Shown here piece by piece: positions 17,050 through 26,691 of a stretch of 32,000 bases of DNA. A model generated the notes under the pieces. It was given only the letters and a program-made list of their open reading frames with translations, did no database searches and was not told where the DNA came from. Each line of letters starts with the position of its first letter. The first letter of the stretch is position 1. The stretch lies in NCBI RefSeq assembly GCF_001598795.1, contig NZ_BCZP01000015.1, forward strand, positions 30,001 through 62,000, written 5' to 3'. Origin of the DNA: Delftia acidovorans NBRC 14950. GTDB taxonomy: Bacteria > Pseudomonadota > Gammaproteobacteria > Burkholderiales > Burkholderiaceae_C. The translations under genes were made by a program, and so were the position numbers.

Positions 17050-17298
17050 AAGCACAAGGTATCGGATGTGACCGAAATTCGATTTGTTGAGCATCGATCA
17101 TGCGCCGTACATTGGCCCTGCGACAAGAAAAAACAGACCCAATCCAGGAGACAAGACATGCACAGCCCATCGCCTGTTTCATGACGCGCTGATGCGGCCG
17201 GCACCAACGCCGCGGCCGCGCTCGCACCTTCACAAAGCACGCCTTCAGCGCTCCGGACGACCGGGCGTGGTGGCCTCTCATTGCCTGCAAGGAAAGTC

Positions 17299-18594
17299 AT
17301 GAAAAAACTCCCCGCTCCCCTGCTGGCCAGGATCTCCTGGCGCCTGCTGCCCTTTTTGCTGCTCATGTACATCATGGCCTTCCTGGACCGGGCCAACGTG
17401 GGCTTTGCCAAGGTGGCCTTCCAGGCCGACACCGGCATCAGCGATGCGGCCTTCGCCTTTGGCGCGGGCGTGTTCTTCGCGGGCTATGCGCTGCTGGAAG
17501 TGCCCAGCAACCTGATCATGCACCGCGTAGGCGCACGCATGTGGATGTGCCGGATCATGGTCACCTGGGGCCTGGTGTCGGCGGCCATGATGTTCGCCCA
17601 CGACCAGACCACGTTCTACGTGCTGCGCTTTTTGCTGGGCGTGGCCGAGGCGGGGTTCTTCCCCGGCGTCATCCTGTACCTGACCTACTGGTTCCCGGCA
17701 GCGCACCGCGCGCAGGCCATGGGCTTTTTCTACTTCGGCGCGCCGCTGGCATTCATCTTCGGCAGCCCGCTGTCGGGCCTGCTGCTGGAGCTGGACGGCA
17801 TGGGTGGCTGGCACGGCTGGCAGTGGCTGTTCGCAGTGGAGGGGCTGATGGCCGTGGCCGTGGGCATCTGGGCGTATTTCCACCTGGACAACCGCCCCGC
17901 CGACGCCACCTGGCTCAGCCGCGAGGACAAGGCGCTGCTGCAGGACATTCTCGACAGCGAAGAGCGCGCCAAGGGCGGCCACGGCCACAGCCTGCTGGCC
18001 GCGCTGTGCCAGCCGCGCGTGCTCTACCTGGCGCTGATCTACCTGCTGATCCAGGCCAGCGTCTATGGCGTGGTGTTCTACCTGCCCAGCCAGGTGGCGG
18101 GCCTGCTGGGCACCAAGGTGGGCCTGCTGGTGGGCGTGGTCTCGGCCATTCCCTGGCTGTGCGCGCTGCTGGCCGCCTGGTGGATTCCGGGCCATGCCGA
18201 GCGAACAGGCCAGCCGCGCGGCATCGCCAGCTTGACGCTGGTGATGGCTGCCGTGGGCATGGCTGCATCGGTGAGTTTCTCCAGCCCCCTGCTGGGTGTG
18301 GCCGCGCTGTGCCTGGCGGCGGCCGGTTTCATCGCCGTGCAGCCCGTGTTCTGGACCTTTCCCGCCAACACGCTGGCCGGCGCTGCGGCCGCTGGCGGCA
18401 TCGCCTTCATCAACTCCCTCGGCGCCGTGGGCGGCTTCATCGCCCCCATCGTCAAGAACTGGGCCGAGGGCTTTTTTCACTCCCCGGCGGCCGGCCTGTA
18501 CCTGCTGGCCGGCACCACGCTGCTGGCTGCGGCCCTGGTGCTGGGCGTGCGCGCACGCCTGGCGCCGGCCCTGGCCGCACCGTCGGCCGCCTGA
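17299..18594 (+). CDS. rhmT: MFS (anion:cation symporter family) sugar-acid transporter, L-rhamnonate transporter-like
   Basis: ATG 17299 after AAGGAAAG. Long colinear similarity to my recollection of E. coli RhmT/YfaV: [94 protein letters not shown]. Confidence 0.78.
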   Translation: MKKLPAPLLARISWRLLPFLLLMYIMAFLDRANVGFAKVAFQADTGISDAAFAFGAGVFFAGYALLEVPSNLIMHRVGARMWMCRIMVTWGLVSAAMMFAHDQTTFYVLRFLLGVAEAGFFPGVILYLTYWFPAAHRAQAMGFFYFGAPLAFIFGSPLSGLLLELDGMGGWHGWQWLFAVEGLMAVAVGIWAYFHLDNRPADATWLSREDKALLQDILDSEERAKGGHGHSLLAALCQPRVLYLALIYLLIQASVYGVVFYLPSQVAGLLGTKVGLLVGVVSAIPWLCALLAAWWIPGHAERTGQPRGIASLTLVMAAVGMAASVSFSSPLLGVAALCLAAAGFIAVQPVFWTFPANTLAGAAAAGGIAFINSLGAVGGFIAPIVKNWAEGFFHSPAAGLYLLAGTTLLAAALVLGVRARLAPALAAPSAA

Positions 18595-18623
18595 ACCACT
18601 TGCACACGGAGAAAAGCCATCCC

Positions 18624-19811
18624 ATGACACAGATCCCCACCATCAAGCAGGTGCGCGCCTTCACGCTCAAGGGCGGCGGTGCCGACTACCACGACCAGTC
18701 CGACGGCCACTGGATCGACGACCACATCGCCACGCCCATGGCCAAGTACCCCGAGTACCGGCAAAGCCGCCGCAGCTTCGGCATCAACGTGCTGGGCACG
18801 CTGGTGGTGGAGATCGAGGACAGCGCCGGACGCGTGGGCTTTGCCGTGACCACGGGCGGCGAGCCTGCGGCCTACATCGTCGAAAAGCACCTGGCCCGCT
18901 TTCTCGAAGGCGCCCGGGTGACCGACATCGAGCGCATCTGGGACCAGATGTACCTGTCCACGCTGTACTACGGCCGCAAGGGCATCGTCATCAACACCAT
19001 CTCGGGCGTGGACCTGGCGCTGTGGGACCTGCTGGGCAAGGTGCGCGGCGAGCCCGTGCACCAGCTGCTGGGCGGCGCCGTGCGCGACGAGCTGCAGTTC
19101 TACGCCACGGGCGCGCGGCCCGACCTGGCACAGAAGATGGGCTTCATCGGCGGCAAGATGCCGCTGCACCACGGCCCGGCCGAAGGGGAGGAGGGCCTGC
19201 GCCGCAATCTGCAGGAACTGGCCACCATGCGCGAGCGCGTGGGCCCGGACTTCTGGCTCATGCTGGACTGCTGGATGAGCCTGGACGTGAACTACGCCAC
19301 GCGCCTGGCCCATGGTGCGCAGGCCCATGGCCTCAAGTGGATCGAGGAAGCCCTGCCGCCCGACGACTACTGGGGCTACGCGGCCCTGCGCAGGAACGTG
19401 CCCACTGGCATGCTGGTGACCACGGGCGAGCACGAGGCCACGCGCTGGGGCTTTCGCCAGCTGCTGGAGATGGGCTGCTGCGACATCATCCAGCCCGACG
19501 TGGGCTGGTGCGGCGGCATCACCGAGCTGCTCAAGATCTCGGCCCTGGCCGATGCCCACCAGGCTCTGGTCATCCCGCATGGCTCCAGCGTCTACAGCTA
19601 CCACTTCGTGGCCACGCGCCACAACAGCCCGTTTGCCGAGTTCCTGATGATGGCCCCCAAGGCCGACGAGGTCGTGCCCATGTTCCATCCGCAGCTGCTG
19701 GGCGAGCCCGTGCCCGTCAACGGCCGCATGCGCCTGTCGGCGCTGGACAGGCCTGGCTTCGGCGTGGAGCTCAATCCCGAGTGCGCCCTGCACCGCCCGT
19801 ACACGCACTGA
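18624..19811 (+). CDS. rhmD: L-rhamnonate dehydratase (enolase superfamily)
   Basis: ATG 18624. Near-continuous match to remembered E. coli RhmD/YfaW: [151 protein letters not shown]...RPYTH. Confidence 0.92.
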   Translation: MTQIPTIKQVRAFTLKGGGADYHDQSDGHWIDDHIATPMAKYPEYRQSRRSFGINVLGTLVVEIEDSAGRVGFAVTTGGEPAAYIVEKHLARFLEGARVTDIERIWDQMYLSTLYYGRKGIVINTISGVDLALWDLLGKVRGEPVHQLLGGAVRDELQFYATGARPDLAQKMGFIGGKMPLHHGPAEGEEGLRRNLQELATMRERVGPDFWLMLDCWMSLDVNYATRLAHGAQAHGLKWIEEALPPDDYWGYAALRRNVPTGMLVTTGEHEATRWGFRQLLEMGCCDIIQPDVGWCGGITELLKISALADAHQALVIPHGSSVYSYHFVATRHNSPFAEFLMMAPKADEVVPMFHPQLLGEPVPVNGRMRLSALDRPGFGVELNPECALHRPYTH

Positions 19812-19822
19812 AGGAGCCCGCC

Positions 19823-20623
19823 ATGCAACTGCCTGCCAACCCCTTCAAGGCCGCGCTGCGGCGCGCCGAGCCGCTGTACGGCATCTGGGCCGGCTTTGCC
19901 ACGCCCTATGCGGCCGAGATCATCGCCACCACGGGCTACGACTGGATGCTGGTCGACGGCGAGCATGCCCCCAACACCGTGCCCACGCTGCTGGGCCAGC
20001 TGCAGGCCGTGGCGCCCTACGCCACGCACCCGGTGGTGCGCGCCGTGCAGGGCGACACCGTGCTCATTAAGCAATTGCTGGACGTGGGCGTGCAGACGCT
20101 GATGGTGCCCATGGTGGAGACGGCCGAACAGGCGCGCGAACTGGTGCGCGCCATGCGCTACCCGCCCCACGGCGTGCGCGGCGTGGGCGGCGGCCTGACG
20201 CGGGCCACGCGCTGGGATGCCGTGCCCGACTACATCCGCACGGCGCATGAACAGCTGTGCCTGATCGTGCAGATCGAATCGCCCCGGGGCGTGGCCCATG
20301 CGGCCGAGATTGCGGCCGTCGATGGCGTGGACGCCGTCTTCATCGGCCCGGCCGACCTGTCCACGGGCATGGGCCATGCGGGCGACGCCAGCCAGGGCGA
20401 GGTGCAGGACGCCATACGCCGTACCGTCGAGGCCACGCTGGCCGCCGGCAAGGCCTGCGGCATCCTCGCGCCGCGCGAGGAGGATGCGCGCCGCTATGCG
20501 GACTGGGGCTGCCGCTTCATCGCCGTGGGCATCGATATCAGCCTGCTGCGCCAGGCTGCGCTGGCCAACCTGGGCCGCTATCGCGGCACCGAACAGCCGA
20601 CCTCGGCATCCCGCACCTACTGA
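19823..20623 (+). CDS. rhmA: 2-keto-3-deoxy-L-rhamnonate aldolase (HpcH/HpaI class II aldolase)
   Basis: ATG 19823 after GAAGGAG. HpcH/HpaI signatures: GYDWMLVDGEHAPN, VRAVQGDTVLIKQLLDVGVQTLMVPMVETAEQA, RYPPHGVRGVG, IVQIESPRGV, VDAVFIGPADLS. Positioned directly after rhmD. Confidence 0.88.
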   Translation: MQLPANPFKAALRRAEPLYGIWAGFATPYAAEIIATTGYDWMLVDGEHAPNTVPTLLGQLQAVAPYATHPVVRAVQGDTVLIKQLLDVGVQTLMVPMVETAEQARELVRAMRYPPHGVRGVGGGLTRATRWDAVPDYIRTAHEQLCLIVQIESPRGVAHAAEIAAVDGVDAVFIGPADLSTGMGHAGDASQGEVQDAIRRTVEATLAAGKACGILAPREEDARRYADWGCRFIAVGIDISLLRQAALANLGRYRGTEQPTSASRTY

Positions 20624-20639
20624 CACCAAGGAGAACTCC

Positions 20640-22073
20640 ATGGCATCCCTTCCTGTGCTGCGTAATTTCATCGCCGGCAGCTTCACCGACAGCGCCGAAC
20701 TGCATGAGGTGACCAACCCCGCCACGGGCGCGGTGCTGGCGCGCTCGCCCCTGTCCAGCCAGACCGATGTGGACCGTGCCATTGCCGCCGCGCGTGGCGC
20801 CCACAAGGCCTGGGCGCGCCGCCCGGCCGTGGAGCGCGCACAGTACCTGCGCCGCGTGGCGGCCCGCATCCGCGACAACGCCGCGCGCATTGCCCGCACC
20901 ATCACCGAGGAGCAGGGCAAGGTCCTGGGCCTGGCCGAGGTGGAGGTGAACTTCACCGCCGACTATCTGGACTACATGGCCGAATGGGCGCGCCGCATCG
21001 AGGGCGAGGTCATCACCAGCGACCGGGCCAACGAGCAGATCTTTTTGCTGCGCAAGCCGCTGGGCGTGGTCGCGGGCATCCTGCCCTGGAACTTTCCCTT
21101 CTTCCTGATCGCCCGCAAGATGGCGCCGGCCCTGCTCACGGGCAACACCATCGTCATCAAGCCCAGCGAGGAAACGCCCATCAACTGCCACGCCTTCACC
21201 GAGCTGCTGGCCCAGTGCGAGCTGCCGGCCGGCGTGTTCAACGTGGTCTATGGCCAGGGCGGCACGGGCGCTGCGCTGGCCGGCCATGCGGGCGTGGACA
21301 TGGTCAGCTTCACGGGCAGCGTGGGCACGGGCGAGCGCATCGCGGCAGCCGCCGCGCCCCACATCACCAAGCTCAACCTGGAGCTGGGCGGCAAGGCCCC
21401 GGCCATCGTGCTGGCCGATGCCGACCTGGACCTGGCCGTGCGCGCCATCCGCGACTCGCGCATCATCAACACCGGCCAGGTCTGCAACTGCGCCGAACGC
21501 GTCTACGTGCAGCGCCAGGTGGCCGACGAGTTCACGGCCCGCATCGCCCAGGCCATGGCCGCCACGCGCTACGGCGACCCGATTGCGCGGCCCGACGTGG
21601 AAATGGGCCCGCTGATCAACCAAAAGGGCCTGGACAGCGTGCAGGCCAAGGTGCGCCAGGCCATCGCCGACGGCGCGCAACTGGTCACGGGCGGGCAGGC
21701 CGCAGACCTGGGCGCGGGCTTTCACTTCCAGCCCACGGTGCTGGCCGGCTGCCATGCCGGCATGGAGATCATGCGCAAGGAAATCTTCGGCCCCGTGCTG
21801 CCCATCCAGGTGGTGGAGGACCTGGACGAGGCCATCGCCCTGGCCAATGATTGCGAGTACGGCCTGACCTCGTCGCTGTACACGCGCGACCTGTCCAAGG
21901 CCATGCAGGCCATGCGCGAGATCGACTTCGGCGAGACCTACATCAACCGCGAGAACTTCGAGGCCATGCAGGGCTTCCATGCGGGCGTGCGCAAGTCCGG
22001 CGTGGGCGGGGCCGACGGCAAGCACGGCCTGTACGAGTACACGCACACGCATGTGGTGTACCTGCAGGGGTGA
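20640..22073 (+). CDS. aldA: NAD-dependent aldehyde dehydrogenase, lactaldehyde dehydrogenase-like
   Basis: ATG 20640 after AAGGAGA. ALDH motifs: ILPWNFPFF, VIKPSEETP, FTGSVGTG, ELGGKAP, and the catalytic Cys in NTGQVCNCAERVYV. The C-terminus GETYINRENFEAMQGFHAGVRKSGVGGADGKHGLYEYTHTHVVYLQG matches the distinctive remembered E. coli AldA tail. Confidence 0.88.
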   Translation: MASLPVLRNFIAGSFTDSAELHEVTNPATGAVLARSPLSSQTDVDRAIAAARGAHKAWARRPAVERAQYLRRVAARIRDNAARIARTITEEQGKVLGLAEVEVNFTADYLDYMAEWARRIEGEVITSDRANEQIFLLRKPLGVVAGILPWNFPFFLIARKMAPALLTGNTIVIKPSEETPINCHAFTELLAQCELPAGVFNVVYGQGGTGAALAGHAGVDMVSFTGSVGTGERIAAAAAPHITKLNLELGGKAPAIVLADADLDLAVRAIRDSRIINTGQVCNCAERVYVQRQVADEFTARIAQAMAATRYGDPIARPDVEMGPLINQKGLDSVQAKVRQAIADGAQLVTGGQAADLGAGFHFQPTVLAGCHAGMEIMRKEIFGPVLPIQVVEDLDEAIALANDCEYGLTSSLYTRDLSKAMQAMREIDFGETYINRENFEAMQGFHAGVRKSGVGGADGKHGLYEYTHTHVVYLQG

Positions 22074-22086
22074 GCCAACGGTTCGC

Positions 22087-23070
22087 CTATCGCTTCACGG
22101 TGGCTGACGTTATGAACCGGGCAATGGTGCTGGAAACCCCGGGCACTAGCGGCAGCCCCTCCTTGTCATAGGTTGCAAGATTGGCAGCGCGATCGTTGGT
22201 CTCCACCTTCTTGAGCACATGGTTGGTGGCGGGCAACAGCACAAGCTTGGCGTTCGGTGCAGCCTTGGCCAGACGCTGAGCATCCTTTGGCTTGATCTGC
22301 AGGTCGCGCTCACCTTGAATGATGAGCACGGGTTTGGAATAGCCCGCTATCAGGCGAGCGGGGTCCAGCGCGAAGGTGTTGATGAGAAAGCCTTGTACGC
22401 TGGCATGGAACATGGTGTTGAGCGGCCTGTCCATCTGGCGGGTATCCACGCGCCTGCCTGCTTCCAGAGCATCGATGACCGGTAACGCCTGGTCCAGGAT
22501 CGGTGCATTGGCGGGGTCTTCCTTGAGCTGTTCCCGAAGCGTCTGCCCCATTGGGCGACCAGGAGCTGCTACCAATATCAGTCCGCAGATATCGGAGCGG
22601 CCCTGGCCAGCCTCCAGAGCGACCAGTCCACCTTCACTGTGTCCCAGCACCCAGACGCATTGGGCACCGGTCTCGCTGCGGATGGCGTCCACCCAGTGGT
22701 GCACATCTTCGGCATAGGCCTGGATGGTCACGGCATTGGGGTCCTCCACGGCCTTGTAGCTTTCGAACATGCCACGTTTGTCGATGCGTACGGTGGCAAT
22801 GCCCTGGGTGGCCAGTTCCTGTGCGAGCAGTTGGTAGGTCGAGGCTTTGAGGCCGAACGGGCTGTTGCCGTTGCGGTCAGTGGGGCCTGAGCCGGGGACG
22901 ATCAGTACGACCGGCGGCGCGCTTTGGCTCGGCGTCAGCAGAACTCCCCGCAGTGGGTCAAGTGGCCCCGTTGCCTGCAGCGGCTTTTCGCCAAGGACGG
23001 CCGTGGCCGGTGCGGCCATGGTGGTACTTGCGCAGATGGCAGCCGCCAGGCCGAGGAGTAGAGCTTTCAT
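22087..23070 (-). CDS. Secreted alpha/beta-fold serine hydrolase
   Basis: ORF 22087..23310 trimmed to ATG 23070. Signal peptide MKALLLGLAAAICASTTMAAPA. Nucleophile elbow VLGHSEGGLV, late Asp/His region (GERDLQ ... ATNHVL). Noticeably lower G+C than neighbours (one 60-nt line hand-counted at about 57%). Confidence 0.75.
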   Translation of the reverse strand: MKALLLGLAAAICASTTMAAPATAVLGEKPLQATGPLDPLRGVLLTPSQSAPPVVLIVPGSGPTDRNGNSPFGLKASTYQLLAQELATQGIATVRIDKRGMFESYKAVEDPNAVTIQAYAEDVHHWVDAIRSETGAQCVWVLGHSEGGLVALEAGQGRSDICGLILVAAPGRPMGQTLREQLKEDPANAPILDQALPVIDALEAGRRVDTRQMDRPLNTMFHASVQGFLINTFALDPARLIAGYSKPVLIIQGERDLQIKPKDAQRLAKAAPNAKLVLLPATNHVLKKVETNDRAANLATYDKEGLPLVPGVSSTIARFITSATVKR

Positions 23071-23128
23071 GGGAAAGGCCGCAGAGTTGATCTGCGTGCC
23101 ATTGGAGCATGCTTGTCTGTCGGCCCTG

Positions 23129-23644
23129 TCAGGTCGAAGCCGTGCGCTTGCGGTTGCGCGGCGCCTTGGGCGGCGGGCTGCTGGCCTCCAGCTCCCGCGC
23201 CCGCGTGCGGATGCGCGCAAAGGCGCTGGCCATGGCCTGCAGCTCGGGCTCGGGCACGGCGTCCATGAGCTCGCGGTTGATGGCCTGCACCTGCGGGAAC
23301 AGCTCGGCATGCAGGGCGCGGCCCGTGTCGCTCAGGCGCAGCAGCGCGCGGCGCGCATCGCCCACCTGGCTCTCTTTCCACAACAGCCCCTTGGCCAGCA
23401 GCGCCGTGACCGCGCGCGAGGTGCGCGTGCGGTCCAGTTGCGCCTGCTCGGCCAGCTGCGAGGGCTGCAGCTGCCCGGCCTCGGCCAGCAGGCAGAGCAT
23501 GCGCCACTCGCGCCGCGTAATGCCGTAGCGGCCCTCGCACAGGCGCACCACGCGGCTGCCAGCGGCCGCCTGCAGCCGCGCCAGGTGGTAGAGGAACATG
23601 TCGTCGAGCACGGCGGGGTGGCGCCAGCGGTGGAGGTCGGTCAT
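23129..23644 (-). CDS. MarR-family transcriptional regulator
   Basis: 171 aa. wHTH core ITRREWRMLCLLAEAGQLQPSQLAEQAQLDRTRTSRAVTALLAKGLLWKE...DARRALLRLSDTGRAL. Divergent from the Bug/sulfatase genes and upstream of the hydrolase on the same strand. Confidence 0.85.
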   Translation of the reverse strand: MTDLHRWRHPAVLDDMFLYHLARLQAAAGSRVVRLCEGRYGITRREWRMLCLLAEAGQLQPSQLAEQAQLDRTRTSRAVTALLAKGLLWKESQVGDARRALLRLSDTGRALHAELFPQVQAINRELMDAVPEPELQAMASAFARIRTRARELEASSPPPKAPRNRKRTAST

Positions 23645-23746
23645 GGACTCGCGGGCCGGTTTCGGGTTTACGCTAGGGATGATGGATTAGATGCATTGTC
23701 GGCGGCCTGCGTACATTGGCCGCAAGACAACGACAAGGAGACAAGT

Positions 23747-24724
23747 ATGCCCAGCCCCCTCGCAGCCCTGGCGCGTGCCGCCCTGGCTTTGGTCGCCGCC
23801 GGCCTGTGCGCGGCGCCCGCCCTGGCCCAGGAATGGCCCAAGGCCAAGCCCATCCGCATCGTCGTGCCCAATCCGCCGGCCGGCCCGTCCGACATCTCGC
23901 TGCGCCCCGTGGCCGCCGCCATGCAGGCGGCGCTGGGCCAGGCCGTGGTCGTGGACAACAAGCCCGGCGCCAACGGCAACATCGGCGCGGCCGAGGTCGC
24001 GCGCTCCGCGCCCGATGGCTACACCTGGCTGTGGGCCATGGACCCAGTGCTCACCGTCAACCCCCATGTCTACAAGAACATGGGCTACAAGGCCGACGCG
24101 CTGGAAACCCTGGTCGTGGCCGCGCGCTTCTCGCAGACCCTGGTCTGCGGCCCGGGCACGGGCTTCAAGTCCGTCAAGGACATGGTGGCCGCCAGCAAGA
24201 CGCGCGAGCTGACCTATGCCTCGGGCGGCGCGGGCTCGCCGGGCCACCTGGTCATGGAATCGCTGCTGGCCACCTCGGGCGCCAAGATGGTCCACGTACC
24301 CTACAAGGGACCGGCGCCGGCCATGCAGGACCTGCTGGGCGGCCAGGTGGACTGCGGCTTCCTGGCTGGCCCCACGGTCTTCCCCCAGGTCCAGAGCGGC
24401 AAGCTGATCGCCCTGGCCACCTCGGGCAAGACGCGCTCGGCGCTGGCGCCCGAGCTGCCGACCATCGCCGAATCGGGCTTTCCCGAGTTCGACGGCACCT
24501 TCTGGATCCTGCTGGCCGCACCCAAGGGCGTGCCGCCCGCTGTGCAAAAGCGCTTTGTCGATGCCATGAACGAGGCCATCCGCGCGCCCGAGCAAAAGGA
24601 ACGCGCCAAGGCCCTGGACATCGAGATGGTCGGCTCCACCGTGGCCGAGGCCCAAGCGCGCGCCAAGGGCCAGTCCGCGCAGTGGGCCGCCCTGGTCAAG
24701 CGCATCCACCTGACCAACGACTGA
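23747..24724 (+). CDS. Bug/TctC-family periplasmic solute-binding protein
   Basis: ATG 23747 after AAGGAGA. Signal peptide MPSPLAALARAALALVAAGLCAAPALA. Family motifs: VDNKPGANGNIGA, APDGYT, HVPYKGPAPA, FWILLAAPKGVP. Confidence 0.9.
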   Translation: MPSPLAALARAALALVAAGLCAAPALAQEWPKAKPIRIVVPNPPAGPSDISLRPVAAAMQAALGQAVVVDNKPGANGNIGAAEVARSAPDGYTWLWAMDPVLTVNPHVYKNMGYKADALETLVVAARFSQTLVCGPGTGFKSVKDMVAASKTRELTYASGGAGSPGHLVMESLLATSGAKMVHVPYKGPAPAMQDLLGGQVDCGFLAGPTVFPQVQSGKLIALATSGKTRSALAPELPTIAESGFPEFDGTFWILLAAPKGVPPAVQKRFVDAMNEAIRAPEQKERAKALDIEMVGSTVAEAQARAKGQSAQWAALVKRIHLTND

Positions 24725-24809
24725 AGCCGCCACTAGGGCCTGTGGCCCTGAGGCACCGCCGTTTTGGCGATACTCCCTTTCCCAACGCATCCACTGTCTT
24801 CTGGCTCCC

Positions 24810-26138
24810 ATGGCAACCCAGCGCCCCAATCTGATCTTCATCCTGGCCGATGACCTCGGCTATGCCGACCTCGGCTGCACGGGCGCGCGCGATGCGCACA
24901 GCCGCGCCACCGATGTCTCGCCCCGCCTGGACGCCATGGCCGCGCAGGGCATGCGCTTCACGCGCGGCTATTCCAACTCGGCCGTGTGCTCGCCCACGCG
25001 CTTTGCCCTGGCCACGGGCCGCTGGCAGTACCGCCTGCGCGGCGCGGCCGAGGAGCCGATCGCCAGCGTCCACGGCGACAAGGTGCTGGGCCTGCCGCCC
25101 GACCATCCCACCGTGGCCTCGCTGCTGCGCGACGCCGGCTACGCCACCGCCCTGGTCGGCAAATGGCACCTGGGCTACCCGCCGCATTTCGGCCCGCGCA
25201 TGTCGGGCTACGAGGAGTTCTACGGCTTTCACGCAGGCGGCGCCGACTACTTCGCCCATTGCGACCCGCGCGGCCGCCCCGACTTCTGGATCAACGAGGA
25301 GCCGCACGAGGAAGAGGGCTACCTCACCGACCTGCTGAGCCGCCGCGCCGTGGACTTCGTCGAGCGCCAGACCGCCGACAAGCCCTTCTACCTGTCCCTG
25401 CACTACAGCGCCCCGCACTGGCCCTGGCTCACGCGCGACGACCTGGAGGAATCGCGGCGCATCGGCGGCTTCGGCAAGCACACCGACGGAGGCACCATCG
25501 AGACCTACCAGCGCATGATCCACCACATGGACGAAGGCATTGGCTGGGTGCTGGACGCGCTCGAGAAAAAGGGCATGGCCGAGAACACGCTCATCGTCTT
25601 CACCAGCGACAACGGCGGCGAACGCTTCTCCAACAACTGGCCCTTCATCGGCCAGAAGATGGACCTGCTCGAAGGCGGCATCCGTGTGCCCCTGGTGGCG
25701 CGCTGGCCCGAGCGCATGCCGTCGGGCATCGTCAGCGATACGCCCAATCTCACCATGGACTGGTCAGCCACCTTCCTGGCCGCCGCCGGCGTGCACGGCC
25801 ACGCCGACTACCCGCTGGACGGCATCAGCCTGCTGCCCCTGATGGAAGACGGCACCTGGAACCCCGAGCGCGACCTGTGCTGGCGCATGAAGCACCGTGC
25901 CCAGCGCGCCCTGGTGCGCGGTGACTGGAAATACCTGCAGATCGAAGGCGTGGAATACCTCTTCAACGTGGCCCAGGACCCGCGCGAACGCGCCAACCTG
26001 CGCGACCGCGAGCCCCAGCGCCTGGCTGAACTGCGCCAGGCCTGGCAGCAATGGGATGCTTCACTGCCGCCCATTCCGGAAGAAGCCAAGGTGTCGCTGG
26101 TGTTCAGTCGGCAGGATCTGCCTTCGGCCACCTTCTGA
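24810..26138 (+). CDS. Cys-type sulfatase (arylsulfatase family), apparently cytoplasmic
   Basis: 442 aa. N-terminus NLIFILADDLGYADLG and the formylglycine signature CSPTRFALATGR (C-x-P-x-R). Also GKWHLG and FTSDNGG. No signal peptide at the N-terminus. Confidence 0.9.
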   Translation: MATQRPNLIFILADDLGYADLGCTGARDAHSRATDVSPRLDAMAAQGMRFTRGYSNSAVCSPTRFALATGRWQYRLRGAAEEPIASVHGDKVLGLPPDHPTVASLLRDAGYATALVGKWHLGYPPHFGPRMSGYEEFYGFHAGGADYFAHCDPRGRPDFWINEEPHEEEGYLTDLLSRRAVDFVERQTADKPFYLSLHYSAPHWPWLTRDDLEESRRIGGFGKHTDGGTIETYQRMIHHMDEGIGWVLDALEKKGMAENTLIVFTSDNGGERFSNNWPFIGQKMDLLEGGIRVPLVARWPERMPSGIVSDTPNLTMDWSATFLAAAGVHGHADYPLDGISLLPLMEDGTWNPERDLCWRMKHRAQRALVRGDWKYLQIEGVEYLFNVAQDPRERANLRDREPQRLAELRQAWQQWDASLPPIPEEAKVSLVFSRQDLPSATF

Positions 26139-26172
26139 GGCCCGGACGGCGCAGGCAGCAAGTAGGTGGTGC

Positions 26173-26691
26173 TCAGCCTTGCGCCGCCTTGTCTTCTTCC
26201 TGGATGGCGTCGTTGTCCATCGTCAAATAGACCAGCACCAGCAGCAGCGTGATGAAGAAGCGGAAGGCATCGGGCACGCCATTCCACTGCTTGGACATCC
26301 ACATGCCGAACCACTCGCCGCCCACGGACATGAAGCCGACCTGCCAGGTCAGAAAGCCCAGGGTCAGCCCCGCCACCGCCCATGACTTCGCGGCGCGGAA
26401 GGCCCGGGTGCCGGCCTGTCGCGCCTGCAGCAGCCGCCAGCCGCCGATCCAGCACAGGACGGCGGTCGTCGTCTCCAGTGCAATGATGCCGATATAGCCC
26501 GCATGGTGCACCCAGGGCGTCTGGATGGCGCGGTACATGATCCCGTTGCCGGGGAAGGTCGTGTCCATCAGGAAGACGTGGTGCACGAAGGCGAAGTTGG
26601 TTGCGTAGTCGGTGATGTTGCCGAAGGCGACCAGGGACGCGGAAAAGGCCATGGCAAGCACCATGGCGGATTTGGACAGGCGAATAAACAT
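26173..26691 (-). CDS. Small integral membrane protein, DUF2165-like
   Basis: ORF 26173..26934 trimmed to ATG 26691 (ACGGAG upstream). MFIRLSKSAMVLAMAFSASLVAFGNITDYATNFAFVHHVFLMDTTFPGNG... with four hydrophobic segments. It resembles my recollection of DUF2165 proteins. Confidence 0.62.
   Translation of the reverse strand: MFIRLSKSAMVLAMAFSASLVAFGNITDYATNFAFVHHVFLMDTTFPGNGIMYRAIQTPWVHHAGYIGIIALETTTAVLCWIGGWRLLQARQAGTRAFRAAKSWAVAGLTLGFLTWQVGFMSVGGEWFGMWMSKQWNGVPDAFRFFITLLLVLVYLTMDNDAIQEEDKAAQG

Noticed and set aside
17541-20623. The 756-aa and 775-aa plus-strand ORFs (17541..19811 and 18296..20623), which would fuse transporter/dehydratase and dehydratase/aldolase regions.
   Set aside because: Their 5' portions are out-of-frame read-through of the preceding genes. 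The recognisable RhmD and RhmA sequences begin at internal ATGs (18624 and 19823), each with its own Shine-Dalgarno.
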